A stretch of 63,478 nucleotides of DNA, filler included, from Nemertoderma westbladi (Eukaryota > Animalia > Xenacoelomorpha): NCBI GenBank assembly GCA_032718475.1. It is 3 parts of 3 records of this genome, joined end to end, with 100 filler letters (N's around TTAATTAATTAA, not from the genome) between each part and the next. Parts side by side here need not be neighbours in the genome. Positions count along the whole stretch, not along the records: positions 1 to 24,448 come from JAUCBJ010008096.1; 2 more parts are not named here. One strand, 5' to 3'. A program made the translations under genes and the position numbers. Shown here in pieces: positions 1 to 11,725 of this stretch. Position 1 is the first letter of the stretch; each line of letters opens with the position of its first letter. The notes beneath the pieces are model-generated. The model searched no databases. It was not told the DNA's origin and saw only the letters and a program-made list of their open reading frames with translations.

Positions 1-2700
1 AATTAAATGAACGGGACAAGGGCCACCTTTACTATCATAAAGAATGAGATGATTTACATTAGGGCCACAAATATACATCTTTTACAGTGGCCTTTTGCAT
101 CCAAATTGATCTTACCAATAAACTGAGATGAAAAAGGGCCAGAATGAAATACAATGAGCTTAACAGCATTAGGGTAGGGCCATACTGTAGCGCCATGGAG
201 ATATTTATGGACAAGGCTCTTTAGAGCTAGAACATAGTAACGAATAACGACCATAAGAACTATAAAAGTCCGTCTAGGCATAGAATTTATAATTATGCAA
301 TTCTCCTTGTTCACTCCTACCAAATTTCAGATGGAATCTGATGGTTGGTTCTATAATTACACAGCTACTTCTACGATTCTGTCAATTCGCCCGCCTAGCG
401 GCAGACAGGGGAACTTTAAAGTCTGTCTGTGTGTATAATTTCTACTTAAGCAACGGCGATAACTGCCCGATGAAGACATGGGAACTTGAAAGTCTAACCG
501 TACAGTACATAAAATATGTTCAAACAAAAATAATGTTTATTAAAATCTACATTATTTTAGTTTTAGGTTAACTGAGGTAAATATTACATTGCAAGTCTTA
601 CAAATCATGTTACTATTCATGTCATTTTTTGAGAAAGTTTGACTGGCCCATTTGATTCAAAATTGATTTATTAAATTAAATGAACGGGACAAGGGCCACC
701 TTTACTATCATAAAGAATGAGATGATTTACATTAGGGCCACAAATATACATCTTTTACAGTGGCCTTTTGCATCCAAATTGATCTTACCAATAAACTGAG
801 CTGAAAAAGGGCCAGAATGAAATACAATGAGCTTAACAGCATTAGGGTAGGGCCATACTGTAGCGCCATGGAGATATTTATGGACAAGGCTCTTTAGAGC
901 TAGAACATAGTAACGAATAACGACCATAAGAACTATAAAAGTCCGTCTAGGCATAGAATTTATAATTATGCAATTCTCCTTGTTCACTCCTACCAAATTT
1001 CAGATGGAATCTGATGGTTGGTTCTATAATTACACAGCTACTTCTAAGTTTCTGTCAATTCGCCTCCCTAGCGGCAGACAGGTGAACTTTAAAGTCTGTC
1101 TGTGTGTATAATTTCTACTTAAGCAACGGCGATAACTGCCCGTTGAAGACATGGAAACTTGAAAGTCTAACCGTACAGTACATAAAATATGTTCAAACAA
1201 AAATAATGTTTATTAAAATCTACATTATTTTAGTTTTAGGTTAACTGAGGTAAATATTACATTGCAAGTCTTACAAATCATGTTACTATTCATGTCATTT
1301 TTTGAGAAAGTTTCACTGGCCCATTTGATTCAAAATTGATTTAATAAATTAAATGAACGGGAAAAGGGCCACCTTTACAATCATAAAGAATGAGATGATT
1401 TACATTAGGGCCACAAATATACATCTTTTACAGTGGCCTTTTGCATCCAAATTGATCTTACCAATAAACTGAGATGAAAAAGGGCCAGAATGAAATACAA
1501 TGAGCTTAACAGCATTAGGGTAGGGCCATACTGTAGCGCCATGGAGATATTTATGGACAAGGCTCTTTAGAGCTAGAACATAGTAACGAATAACGACCAT
1601 AAGAACTATAAAAGTCCGTCTAGGCATAGAATTTATAATTATGCAATTCTCCTTGTTCACTCCTACCAAATTTCAGATGGAATCTGATGGTTGGTTCTAT
1701 AATTACACAGCTACTTCTACGATTCTGTCAATTCGCCCGCCTAGCGGCAGACAGGGGAACTTTAAAGTCTGTCTGTGTGTATAATTTATACTTAAGCAAC
1801 GGCGATAACTGCCCGATGAAGACATGGGAACTTGAAAGTCTAACCGTACAGTACATAAAATATGTTCAAACAAAAATAATGTTTATTAAAATCTACATTA
1901 TTTTAGTTTTAGGTTAACTGAGGTAAATATTACATTGCAAGTCTTACAAATCATGTTACTATTCATGTCATTTTTTGAGAAAGTTTGACTGGCCCATTTG
2001 ATTCAAAATTGATTTAATAAATTAAATGAACGGGAAAAGGGCCACCTTTACTATCATAAAGAATGAGATGATTTACATTAAGGCCACAAATATACATCTT
2101 TTACAGTAGCCTTTTGCATCCAAATTGATCTTACCAATAAACTGAGATGAAAAAGGGCCAGAATGAAATACAATGAGCTTAACAGCATTAGGGTAGGGCC
2201 ATACTGTAGCGCCATGGAGATATTTATGGACAAGGCTCTTTAGAGCTAGAACATAGTAACGAATAATGACCATAAGAACTATAAAAGTCCGTCTAGGCAT
2301 AGAATTTATAATTATGCAATTCTCCTTGTTCACTCCTACCAAATTTCAGATGGAATCTGATGGTTGGTTCTATAATTACACAGCTACTTCTACGATTCTG
2401 TCAATACGCCCCCCTAGCGGCAGACAGGGGAACTTTAAAGTCTGTCTGAATTTAGAATTTCTAAATAAGCAATGCTTGTAGGTGTAGGTCACTCTTACCA
2501 AATTTCAAGAAAATATATCAACCATACATAAAATTATGTTCAAACAAAAATAATGCTTATTATTTTTACTTTTATTATTTTAGTTTGGTTAACTGTGGTA
2601 ATTACATTGCAAGTCTTACAATTCATGTTACTATTCATGTCATTTTTTGAGAAAGTTTGACTGGCCCATTTGCATCCAAATTGATCTTACAAATAAACTG
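1..2700. repeat. 673-bp tandem repeat (about 4 copies, last one diverged), probably intronic to the aminopeptidase gene
   Basis: Unit start aattaaatgaacggg recurs at 1, 674, 1347 and 2020. The repeated 89-aa and 76-aa ORFs are by-products of this. Units carry cc(c/g)ctagcggcagac and ccaaatttcag motifs shared with the 315-bp repeat at 19.6-21 kb. Confidence 0.95.
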
Positions 2701-2998
2701 AACTGTAAGAATGAAGAGAAATAAGATAGGGCCATTGAGTTATATAGGTACACTATACCTACATATCTCACTTTATAGATATATAAGTTGGCCCTTTCGC
2801 TCGTTTTTTCATCTTTATGTATGTATATTAAAATGGTATATGTAGGAACATATATACACGAGATATGTAGATATACTAATGGCCCTTTTTACTTCCATTC
2901 AGTGTTATATAGGTACATAATACCCTTCATTTCAAAGATACATATCTATGGCCCTTTAGGCCGAACGTACATATATATATATATATATATATTCGCAG

Positions 2999-4741
2999 GT
3001 TAACAAAGTCGTTTCCCATGAATTGGCGCACCAATGGTTTGGTAACCTAGTAACACCTCAATGGTGGAGTGATCTGTGGTTAAATGAAGGTTTTGCCCAG
3101 TTCCTTCAGTACAAAGGAATCAACAAGACAGAACCAGACTGGAACATATATACTTTTTTTTACGACTTCGAAATTAGTAGAGTTTTGGAACTAGATTCTT
3201 TATTGTCTTCGCATCCCATTCGACAACAAGATGATAATGCTGGACACGAATCTGAAATGTTTGACTATATCGCCTACAAGAAAGGAGCCGGTATTATAAT
3301 AATGCTTGAAAACTTTCTCGGGGATTCCACATTTTGGAAAGGCTTAAAGCAGTACATTGTAAAGTACCAGTATGGTAATGCAGTACAGGATGATCTGTGG
3401 GTATATCTTGATAAAGCTAGACTTGAGGATGGTAAGGTCAAAATCCCAGAAGTGATGGCAGTTATGGGAGGGTGGACCAAACAAACCGGTTATCCACTTA
3501 TTACAATTGGAAGTAAAAATTCCCAATTAGTTGCATCTCAAAAGCGTTTTGTACTGAAAAGTGATGCGAAATTGAGTGATAACTCTCAGTGGTATATTCC
3601 TATTGTTGCCAGTATTACCGGTGAATCAATGCCAACAGAAATATGGCTGAACCCGAATGAAGAGGTTGTGCTCATTGACAAAGATTTAGACAAGTTCTAC
3701 ATCATCAACCATGATAGATATGGATTTTATCGAGTTAACTACGACCCAGGTAATTGGGATAAGCTTTTGGAGCAGTTCAATAGCGACCACCAGGTCATAG
3801 GAACTACTGACCGTGCGGGAATCATTGACGATGTTTTCGAATTAGCTAAAGCAGATGAATTAGAAATACATCTGGCACTAAATTTTACTCAATATTTGAA
3901 CAAAGAGGATCAATATTTACCCTGGAGTGTCGCCTTAGATAAGCTGATGTATATTTTAAGAATGCTACATAACGATGCAAATACTAAGAAGAAGTTAAGT
4001 AATTATCTTGAGAAGAAATTGGAACGAAAATATCATGATTTGAGTTGGAACGAAAGTGATACATCGTTAGATAACGAGTTCTTGCAGTATACTATCTTAA
4101 CTTCAGCCTGCCAAGTAGGTCTGAGTGAATGCGTTGAAAAAGCGAAAGGGCTGTTTCAAATGATTATTGACGATCCTGATTCCAATGCTGTAGCCCCCAA
4201 TCTCAAATCAATGGTATTTTGTCAAGGAATTGGAAATGGCAACAACGAAGATTGGACTAAGTTATGGAACATTTATTTATCAGGAGAAAGACCAGCCGAT
4301 AAGTTATCCATTCTCAGAGGTCTTGCTTGTACCGACAATGTTTGGCGCCTAAGTGAATATCTGGCAACGTCTCTTGATACAAGTAAAGTGAGAGTTCAGG
4401 ATTTCACTCGTGTTTTCACAGCCATAGCCCAAAATCAGTGGAGTGCGCCGATTATTTGGAATTTCTTTGCTGCAAATTGGAATACCATTGCCGGTCGTTA
4501 TAACGAAAGTTTGTTCACATTGTCTTCAATTTTGCAAGTATTTCCATTATATTATAACAGTGAATACCAGGCCAAGGAAATGGAGGTATGGATGAAACAG
4601 CATGAAGAGGAATTAGGTTCGGGGTCTAACACCATGAAGCAGGTGTTGGAGAACGTATGGATTAATGTTCAGTGGATGGATAGATGGCTGGAACCATTGC
4701 GGGAATGGACGAGTTCCCGTAGAGAAGATCTAGTAGACTAA
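2999..4741 (+). CDS. M1-family zinc aminopeptidase (aminopeptidase N / ERAP-like), terminal coding exon; upstream exons lie outside the window
   Basis: Acceptor ttcgcag at 2998, then in frame VNKVVS-HELAH-QWFGNLVT..WLNEGFA (HEXXH-x18-E), the catalytic Tyr motif IAYKKGA, GFYRVNYD, and an ERAP1-C-like helical domain ending at TAA 4741. Confidence 0.93.
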   Translation, partial: VNKVVSHELAHQWFGNLVTPQWWSDLWLNEGFAQFLQYKGINKTEPDWNIYTFFYDFEISRVLELDSLLSSHPIRQQDDNAGHESEMFDYIAYKKGAGIIIMLENFLGDSTFWKGLKQYIVKYQYGNAVQDDLWVYLDKARLEDGKVKIPEVMAVMGGWTKQTGYPLITIGSKNSQLVASQKRFVLKSDAKLSDNSQWYIPIVASITGESMPTEIWLNPNEEVVLIDKDLDKFYIINHDRYGFYRVNYDPGNWDKLLEQFNSDHQVIGTTDRAGIIDDVFELAKADELEIHLALNFTQYLNKEDQYLPWSVALDKLMYILRMLHNDANTKKKLSNYLEKKLERKYHDLSWNESDTSLDNEFLQYTILTSACQVGLSECVEKAKGLFQMIIDDPDSNAVAPNLKSMVFCQGIGNGNNEDWTKLWNIYLSGERPADKLSILRGLACTDNVWRLSEYLATSLDTSKVRVQDFTRVFTAIAQNQWSAPIIWNFFAANWNTIAGRYNESLFTLSSILQVFPLYYNSEYQAKEMEVWMKQHEEELGSGSNTMKQVLENVWINVQWMDRWLEPLREWTSSRREDLVD

Positions 4742-5034
4742 CTAAATCAGTTATTAGTTATATATGCTGAGATTCTATAAACTTTTTATAAATAGCCAAC
4801 TTTCAGCAATATGTTTCTATTATCACAGTATTATTGTTAGAGTCTTATCTGTTATTTAAAATTTTATAGATTCCGTATTATATAGTAACTGATCTAAGGA
4901 AGTTACCGCGGAAGTTTTTCTGAACCAACATAGAACTACATTTTATTGTAACCATGAGCGTAGGGGAAACAGTTACACATTTACTGGGGGGGGGGGGGGG
5001 GGGGGGGGGGCAATTATCTAAACATTGTCTAATA

Positions 5035-5187
5035 ATGATCTAGCAAATGTCATGGGTGATAGGGAGTTGTGGCAGAGCAATTTTGTCGACAACACAGAAC
5101 AGCATTCTTAATATACATGTAAAATATATATATGTAATATATATATAATGCAGCTGCAATGCAGCATGCCGATCGTAGCAGTAGTAA
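5035..5187 (+). mobile_element. Degenerate 3' end of an RTE-clade LINE
   Basis: gatctagcaaatgtcatgggtgatagggagttgtgg...gcagctgcaatgcagcatgccgat..tagcagtagta matches the copies at 37.9, 52.3 and 63.3 kb. Confidence 0.75.
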
Positions 5188-5555
5188 AAGTAATGTAATA
5201 CAAGTGTATAAACATTCAATGTAATTATTATTATTATTATCAGAACAATAGATTTTATTCCCGTTTAAGCTAATTATAATCCTAACTTGAAGTATTGTTT
5301 GTATATTGGTAATAATGGTGATAACACAGATAATATTATCAAATACTACCTCATTCCCATTTTAAACATCGCATAGGCCTACATTCCTAGCTGGTGAGTT
5401 CATTGAAATTTGACGGAAGAAGATAAATAGTATATAAATGAAATATCCATAGGGGGGTTGACTCTTGACACAATTAAAAAGCATCCCTCCCTAGGGGAAA
5501 GTCGACACCAACAGCAGCCCAAATGAAGCTGTAACCTGGGGCTATCGATGTGCCT

Positions 5556-6293
5556 CCAATCCTAACCCACCACCACCCCACTCCCAACCCACCACCACCC
5601 TCCAATCCTAACCCACCACCACCCCACTCCCAACCCACCACCACCCTCCAATCCTAACCCACCACCGCCCCACTCCCAACCCACCACCACCCTCCAATCC
5701 TAACCCACCACCACCCTCCAATCCTAACCCACCACCACCCCACTCCCAACCCAACACCACCCTCCAATCCTAACCCACCACCACCCCACTCCCAACGCAC
5801 CACCACCCTCCAATCCTAACCCACCACCACGCTCCACTCTCAACCCAACACCACACTCCAATCCTAACCCACCACCACCCCACTCCCAACCCACCACCAC
5901 CCTCCAATCCTAACCCACCACCACCCCACTCCCAACCCACCACCACCCTCCAATCCTAACCCACCACCACCCCACTCCCAACCCACCACCACCCTCCAAT
6001 CCTAACCCACCACCGCCCCACTCCCAACCCACCACCACCCTCCAATCCTAACCCACCACCACCCTCCAATCCTAACCCACCACCACCCCACTCCCAACCC
6101 AACACCACCCTCCAATCCTAACCCACCACCACCCCACTCCCAACGCACCACCACCCTCCAATCCTAACCCACCACCACGCTCCACTCTCAACCCAACACC
6201 ACACTCCAATCCTAACCCACCACCACCCCACTCCCAACCCACCACCACCCTCCAATCCTAACCCACCACCACCCTCCACTCTCAACCCAACAC
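5556..6293. repeat. C/A-rich minisatellite (about 23-bp subunits, ccaatcctaacccaccaccacc / cactcccaacccaccaccacc)
   Basis: Tandem periodicity is directly visible. Confidence 0.9.
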
Positions 6294-6547
6294 TGTTATG
6301 ATATATGAAAATGCAGTTTAGGTATGCAGGTTCTATATATTAGGCTGGATTATACAACACTGTAGTATGATAAGAAAGACACAAGCAGAATGTATTGACA
6401 TGCAGATATGACAAGTACTGAAGTACGACACAAGTACAATACTGGAGTACCGGTATTGTATATGATTGACAGTTACAATATCAGGGACGACCTAACTAGA
6501 TATAAGATATAAGTACATGTAAATATTGAATATATGAAATCACATCA
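6294..6547 (-). repeat. 3' LTR (254 bp)
   Basis: tgttatgata...aatcacatca; I see one mismatch versus 11106-11359. Confidence 0.95.
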
Positions 6548-6639
6548 ACTCCCCTATCGAGATGAAATGATTCTTTTCAGTTAATTACCTTCAGTTCATT
6601 GTTCCAGTTATTTACTTTCGGTTTAGAATCGTAAAGCTG

Positions 6640-7964
6640 TTAATTAAATCCGAAATAGTTTGGAGCTTTCCTTAATCGGGAACTTTGGCGAGTAGGTGGC
6701 GAGTTACTGTCATATTCATGCTCGGTGAGGTTGTCATGAAATTTAACTCGTGGGGTGGACGGAGGATTCAGTGTACGAGAATCATCATTGGGCACCTTCC
6801 CTCCAGAATCTTGATTGGTAGGATTGATACGGGCGCGTATATGACGGCGGTTGCGCCACAGTGATCTACCAGACAACAGTTTCACAAGGTAGTTTCTTCC
6901 TTGTCTTTCTATTACTGTACCATGTTGTGACCATCGTTTTGTAGAATGATTTTGAAACCATACACTTTGGCCAATGGTTAAGGGTGTCAAAGGTCGGCGT
7001 AATTCGTTCTTTGTAGCGGTGTTTGTAGATTCGGACTATGATTCATGAGTGTCATCAAGCCATTTAGAGGCAAAGGCTGATATATGACAAGGCACAATGG
7101 AACGTAAAGGGCGGCCGAAAATTAATTGTGCTGGTGAGTATCCGGAAGTACGCGGAGTATTGCGAAGTTCTAGTAATCCAAGACGGAAGTTATCACTATG
7201 AATGTCACCACCTGTGGTGGCAATCAGGTGTTTCATGGATTTTACAGCTGATTCGGCCAGACCATTGCTGGATGGGAAATGAGGCATGGATTGCACATGG
7301 TCAAATTCCCAATTGCTGGCAAAGGCTTTGAATGTTGATGATGTAAATTGGGGTCCTCCATCTGACCTAAATTTAACAGGAATGCCTGTGGCAGTAAAAA
7401 AACGCTTTAAAACATTAACAACTTTAGCGGAGTCCGGTTCATGCAAAAATTCTGCTACCTCTGGCCAACCTGAATAACGGTCTACATATATGAGATATGC
7501 TTTCCCACCATGGTGACCTATATCGGCAGCGGTTTGTTCAAAAGGTCGAGAAGGGGGTGGGTCCCTAAGAAGCGGCTCGGCTGGTAAGGATGCCCGCCGT
7601 TCTTGGCATGGTTGACACATGCCAACTACATTAATGATGTCTGCGGACAGACTGGGCCAATATACTGTAAGCCGAGCACGCCGTTTGGTACGCTCAGTAC
7701 CCTGATGAGATGCATGCAGGCGTCTTAATACTTCCTTTCTTTGACATTTTGGAATAATAATTCGGGAATCAAAGAGGGCTATAATGCATCAGGAATATGA
7801 TGGTTAGCTCCACTCTGCCATTCGGTAACAAATGTGTAAGGTATAAGTTTCTCCTTCATTCTAAGCAATCGTGGGTTGTCAATTGATGATAATGATTTAT
7901 CGTTCAATATTGGTATCAATGGTTTGTGATCTGTGAGTAAATTGAAGTTTATTCCCAGTAGGTA
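6640..7964 (-). pseudogene. Disrupted remainder of gypsy pol (end of RNase H and integrase)
   Basis: After the stop at 7965 the frame continues YLLGINFNLLTDHKPL...HIPDAL, then jumps (internal deletion) to RLHASHQG..YWP..CQPCQ (HHCC) and the rve core YVDRYSGW/SDGGPQF/SNGLAESAV. A further stop lies at 7036 before the C-terminal part (6640-6990). Confidence 0.85.
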
Positions 7965-10900
7965 TTACCGACATTTCTGTACGGCATACACGATGGCCAA
8001 CATTCCCAATTCAACCATCGCATATCGCGATTCCGTATCTGAAATGAATCTAGATCCACACTGAACGAGATGTAATCCATTACAGTGTCTCTGTAAGAGA
8101 GCAAACCCAAGTCCCTTGGTTCGGGAGGCGTCAGTTTGCAGGACAGTTGGAAGGTTGGGGTCAAATGGCTGGAGCACAGCTGGAGTGCACAGGGCCTCCT
8201 TGACCTTTGTAAATGCTTCTGCATGATTGGAATTCCATGAAAATTGGTTAGACTTCTTTAAAAGAGGGCGAAGGGGTTCAGCTGCAGCACTTATGTCTCG
8301 TGAAAACATCCCCAATTGATTTACGATACCGAAGAAGGATCTGAGATCGCGGATACCATGTGGTTCAGGAAATTCACGAATAGCAGAGAGTTTACTTGGA
8401 TCGGCTTTAATTCCGTCATGACCAACTTTGTAGCCTACAAACTTAACTTCAGACCTGGCAAATTGAAATTTGGTCGGATTTAAGGTAATTCCATTCTGCC
8501 GACAACGCTGCAGAACTTGAAGGACTGAGTTGACATGTTCATGGAAGTCTGTTGTGTGGATGAGGATGTCATCCACTACTTTCTCATAATTGGACAATCC
8601 AGAAAACGCCAAGTCACCACGGTGGTTATATTCATCTCCCGTGGATGAGAGTCCCATGGGGGCTCGTAGATATTTGAATCTGCCTTCTGAGCATATGAAG
8701 GTAGTGAGATGCTGGCATTCTTCAGCTAACTCTATCTGCCAATAACCTTTAACTGCGTCAACCGTGGAAAAATATTTATCTCCAGAAGAGATACCATCTA
8801 TGGCAGCCTTTGGTGTGACCATTGGATGATAAGGTCGGATGCAGTATTTATTTAACTTAGTGAAGTCAGTACATATTCTTAGTTTACCACTTTGGTGTAT
8901 AACAGCAACAAGTGGGTGACACCACTGTGTGACAACATCTCCAATTGGAGCAATGATACCTTGTTCGACCATGCGATTAATCTCTGCTTTGACTCGATCT
9001 CTGATGGCCAGACTAACAGGTCGGGCAGTCGAAATGGCGAAAGGTTGTGCATCATCTTTGAGATGAATCTGCATAGGCTCCCCATTCATTGGTTTCAAGG
9101 CTCCCTCAGTGGAAAAAACATCGGAATATTCTTTCATAATGGATTCTTTGATTGCATTAGTCTCGGAATCTGTGGGAGTGTTAGGTAAACCTTTCAATGA
9201 ATTAAGTTCTGGGATATGAGAGACATACAAGATTGACTCCTGAGAGGGAAAGTCTGCTGAGATAATTCCTAGTTCTTGACAAACAGTCCAGTCCAGGAGA
9301 ATATGTTTGGCTGAATTACAAACATAAGCCCGCACTGTTGAGTGGCGGTTACCAAGGGTTATTTTACATAAAAATGTTCCAATACAGTCGATATCCCCAC
9401 CATCTGCATTAGATAATTTTACAGATGTAGACTGTAACTCAGATTCAGATAAAGACAAATCCTTCAGATTGGTTTGGGGAAACAGTGTCACTGCAGCACC
9501 AGTGTCTGGAGTGGCATAGAATCCGGCAGAGGTCATACGATTGCTTGTCTGGAGGTGGACAAATACCATTGGGGTATTTTTATTATTTGTAAGGTCCACA
9601 GAACTAATAGAGAGTTTTATAGTGCCAGTTTGTAACTTTTCATCGGATTCGACATTAGAAATACTGTGATTTGAATTCATTTTTGATTTATGTGTTCCTT
9701 TTTTCTTGAAACACACTGTGTCCCAGTGGCCCTTTACTTTACAAAATCGACATGTTGAATTGCTAGCTGGGCAATACTGACCTTGTTTGTGCTTCTGTTT
9801 TCCGCAATATGGGCATGGTTGGGACTGAGGTACCGGCGTCCTGTCTTTATCCCTTGATTTGGATCTATGTTGGGGCCGGTATTGGGAGAAACTTCGCTGT
9901 TGACCCTTATGTGATGATTTGGCGGAAATATTAAGAATCTTTGATGTGGAAAGGCTCGATTCATTGCGTTGAGCTGCTTCCTCAGCGCGACAGAAATCTA
10001 CAGTATCCTGTAGTGAGGGGCGGGGGCGTTTAGCCAATAACCGCCGACGGATTTCAGGGTCGCCGCCACCTGTTATGATGCGATCGACCAATCGATCATC
10101 GAAGCAATGAGAGCATAAATCAGCATCTTTCCCCAAACGTAGGTCAACATAAAAGCTGTCGAAGGATTCTCCAGCAGTCTGTTTGCGCTCATCAAAGGCA
10201 ATTCGGTCCAATGCGATATTGCGTTTTTGGCGAAGGTAAGATTCAATTGCAGATAGAATGTCATCTACATCAACATCGTCACCTGAACTCGAAATATTTA
10301 AACCGTGATGTAACAGGTCCTGAAGCTCTGGGCTCAGTGCCTGGTTGAGGGCGGCCTTTTGTTCTTCGCGTTCAACTTGATCTAGTCGTTGTATAACGAC
10401 GAATCCATCCCATAAACGGCGCCACCGTGCAAAATCCGCCATCGAGGCTTCGTTAGAAAGGGGGGGTGGGACTTTGGCCAGTGAAGAACGGGCCAAGTTG
10501 TTGTTGGATGATCGGGATGGTTGATGAGTGAGGTTTCGTCGATGTATACCAGGATCTGGATCGCTTGGAGCGTCACCCCGCGGTTGACGCAGTGCGGTTG
10601 ACAGGAACTCTTGCAGTCGTTCGTTGTCCCGCTGCCTAGCCTGTTCGAAATACGCAAAATCTTCCCTGAGTAATCGTAATTCCTCGGTTCGGCGGAATGT
10701 TTCATCCTTCCGACGTTGATCCTCGAGTTGGTTTTGCTGCGTAGCCAAAACGTCAGCGAAACCTTGCACTAATCCAGCAATGTCGATGGGGGCCGGTTTA
10801 TAATCCGGTCTAGGTACAGGTACCGGTGTCGTGGGGGGACCATTGAGGTCAACCAACGGGCCAAATCCAATGGCATCGTGCGAAGGTGTAGTGGCTTCAC

Positions 10901-11006
10901 TAAAGCCGAAAAACGGAGGGGATTGGCCAGTAACTAACCCGTTTATATCTGCAGAGTCGAGTGTCAACTGAATACGCTGGCTTGGTGGCGTGTTATATTC
11001 AGCCAT
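7965..11006 (-). CDS. Gypsy gag-pol polyprotein (gag with Zn knuckles, aspartic protease, RT, start of RNase H), prematurely terminated
   Basis: CPYC..H..C and CRFCKVKGHWDTVC knuckles, PDTGA protease motif, RT motifs LRICTDFTKLN / DAVKGYWQ / VVDDILI, RNase H LQTDAS. Confidence 0.92.
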   Translation of the reverse strand: MAEYNTPPSQRIQLTLDSADINGLVTGQSPPFFGFSEATTPSHDAIGFGPLVDLNGPPTTPVPVPRPDYKPAPIDIAGLVQGFADVLATQQNQLEDQRRKDETFRRTEELRLLREDFAYFEQARQRDNERLQEFLSTALRQPRGDAPSDPDPGIHRRNLTHQPSRSSNNNLARSSLAKVPPPLSNEASMADFARWRRLWDGFVVIQRLDQVEREEQKAALNQALSPELQDLLHHGLNISSSGDDVDVDDILSAIESYLRQKRNIALDRIAFDERKQTAGESFDSFYVDLRLGKDADLCSHCFDDRLVDRIITGGGDPEIRRRLLAKRPRPSLQDTVDFCRAEEAAQRNESSLSTSKILNISAKSSHKGQQRSFSQYRPQHRSKSRDKDRTPVPQSQPCPYCGKQKHKQGQYCPASNSTCRFCKVKGHWDTVCFKKKGTHKSKMNSNHSISNVESDEKLQTGTIKLSISSVDLTNNKNTPMVFVHLQTSNRMTSAGFYATPDTGAAVTLFPQTNLKDLSLSESELQSTSVKLSNADGGDIDCIGTFLCKITLGNRHSTVRAYVCNSAKHILLDWTVCQELGIISADFPSQESILYVSHIPELNSLKGLPNTPTDSETNAIKESIMKEYSDVFSTEGALKPMNGEPMQIHLKDDAQPFAISTARPVSLAIRDRVKAEINRMVEQGIIAPIGDVVTQWCHPLVAVIHQSGKLRICTDFTKLNKYCIRPYHPMVTPKAAIDGISSGDKYFSTVDAVKGYWQIELAEECQHLTTFICSEGRFKYLRAPMGLSSTGDEYNHRGDLAFSGLSNYEKVVDDILIHTTDFHEHVNSVLQVLQRCRQNGITLNPTKFQFARSEVKFVGYKVGHDGIKADPSKLSAIREFPEPHGIRDLRSFFGIVNQLGMFSRDISAAAEPLRPLLKKSNQFSWNSNHAEAFTKVKEALCTPAVLQPFDPNLPTVLQTDASRTKGLGFALLQRHCNGLHLVQCGSRFISDTESRYAMVELGMLAIVYAVQKCR

Positions 11007-11105
11007 TTCAGCATTTGTAGTGTTACAGTGTTAATTCAGCAATTACAAATTTGAATGTTTGCTGGTTAACTGACTACAGTAATCCAGAAATACACACTAG
11101 CGCCA

Positions 11106-11359
11106 TGTTATGATATATGAAAATGCAGTTTAGGTATGCAGGTTCTATATATTAGGCTGGATTATACAACACTGTAGTATGATAAGAAAGACACAAGCAG
11201 AATGTATTGACATGCAGATATGACAAGTACTGAAGTACGACACAATTACAATACTGGAGTACCGGTATTGTATATGATTGACAGTTACAATATCAGGGAC
11301 GACCTAACTAGATATAAGATATAAGTACATGTAAATATTGAATATATGAAATCACATCA
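11106..11359 (-). repeat. 5' LTR (254 bp)
   Basis: Direct repeat of 6294-6547, adjacent to the PBS. Confidence 0.95.
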
Positions 11360-11725
11360 AGGCACAACTCACGTAATAGGATGTGCCCCTCTCTTAGAGT
11401 GGGCTAGGTTCACTCAGTTAAGGCACAACTCACCTAATAGGATGTGCCCCTCTCTTAGAGAGGGCTAGGTTCACTCAGTTAAGGCACAACTAACCTAATA
11501 GGATGTGCCCCTCTCTTAGAGAGGGATAGGTTCACTCAGTTAAGGCACAACTCACGTAATAGGATGTGCCCCTCTCTTAGAGAGGGCTAGGTTCACTCAG
11601 TTAAGGCACAACTCACCTAATAGGATGTGCCCCTCTCTTAGAGAGGGCTAGGTTCACTCAGTTAAGGCACAACTCACCTAATAGGATATGCCCTTCCCTT
11701 AGAGCGGGTGTGGTTGACTCGGTCA
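11360..11725. repeat. 61-bp tandem repeat, about 6 copies, with an internal hairpin ccctctc-tta-gagaggg
   Basis: aggcacaact recurs at 11360, 11421, 11482, 11543, 11604 and 11665. Confidence 0.92.

Larger units (their letters stand above)
6294..11359 (-). mobile_element. Ty3/gypsy (Mag-like) LTR retrotransposon, full outline but defective
   Basis: Two 254-bp TG...CA LTRs at 6294-6547 and 11106-11359. PBS TGGCGCTAG follows the 5' LTR on the minus strand (ends 11105), and PPT AGGGGAGT precedes the 3' LTR. Domain order is gag-PR-RT-RH-IN. Confidence 0.96.

Noticed and set aside
54-2481. Repeated 89-aa and 76-aa ORFs as a gene cluster
   Set aside because: They are translations of a 673-bp tandem repeat, mostly with non-ATG starts, no recognisable motif, and disruption in some copies.
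5556-6293. Interstitial telomeric repeat
   Set aside because: It contains single cctaaccc motifs inside a longer unit, not tandem (CCCTAA)n.
11360-11725. CRISPR-like array (palindromic repeat)
   Set aside because: Units are contiguous and near-identical with no unique spacers, the context is eukaryotic, and there are no cas genes.
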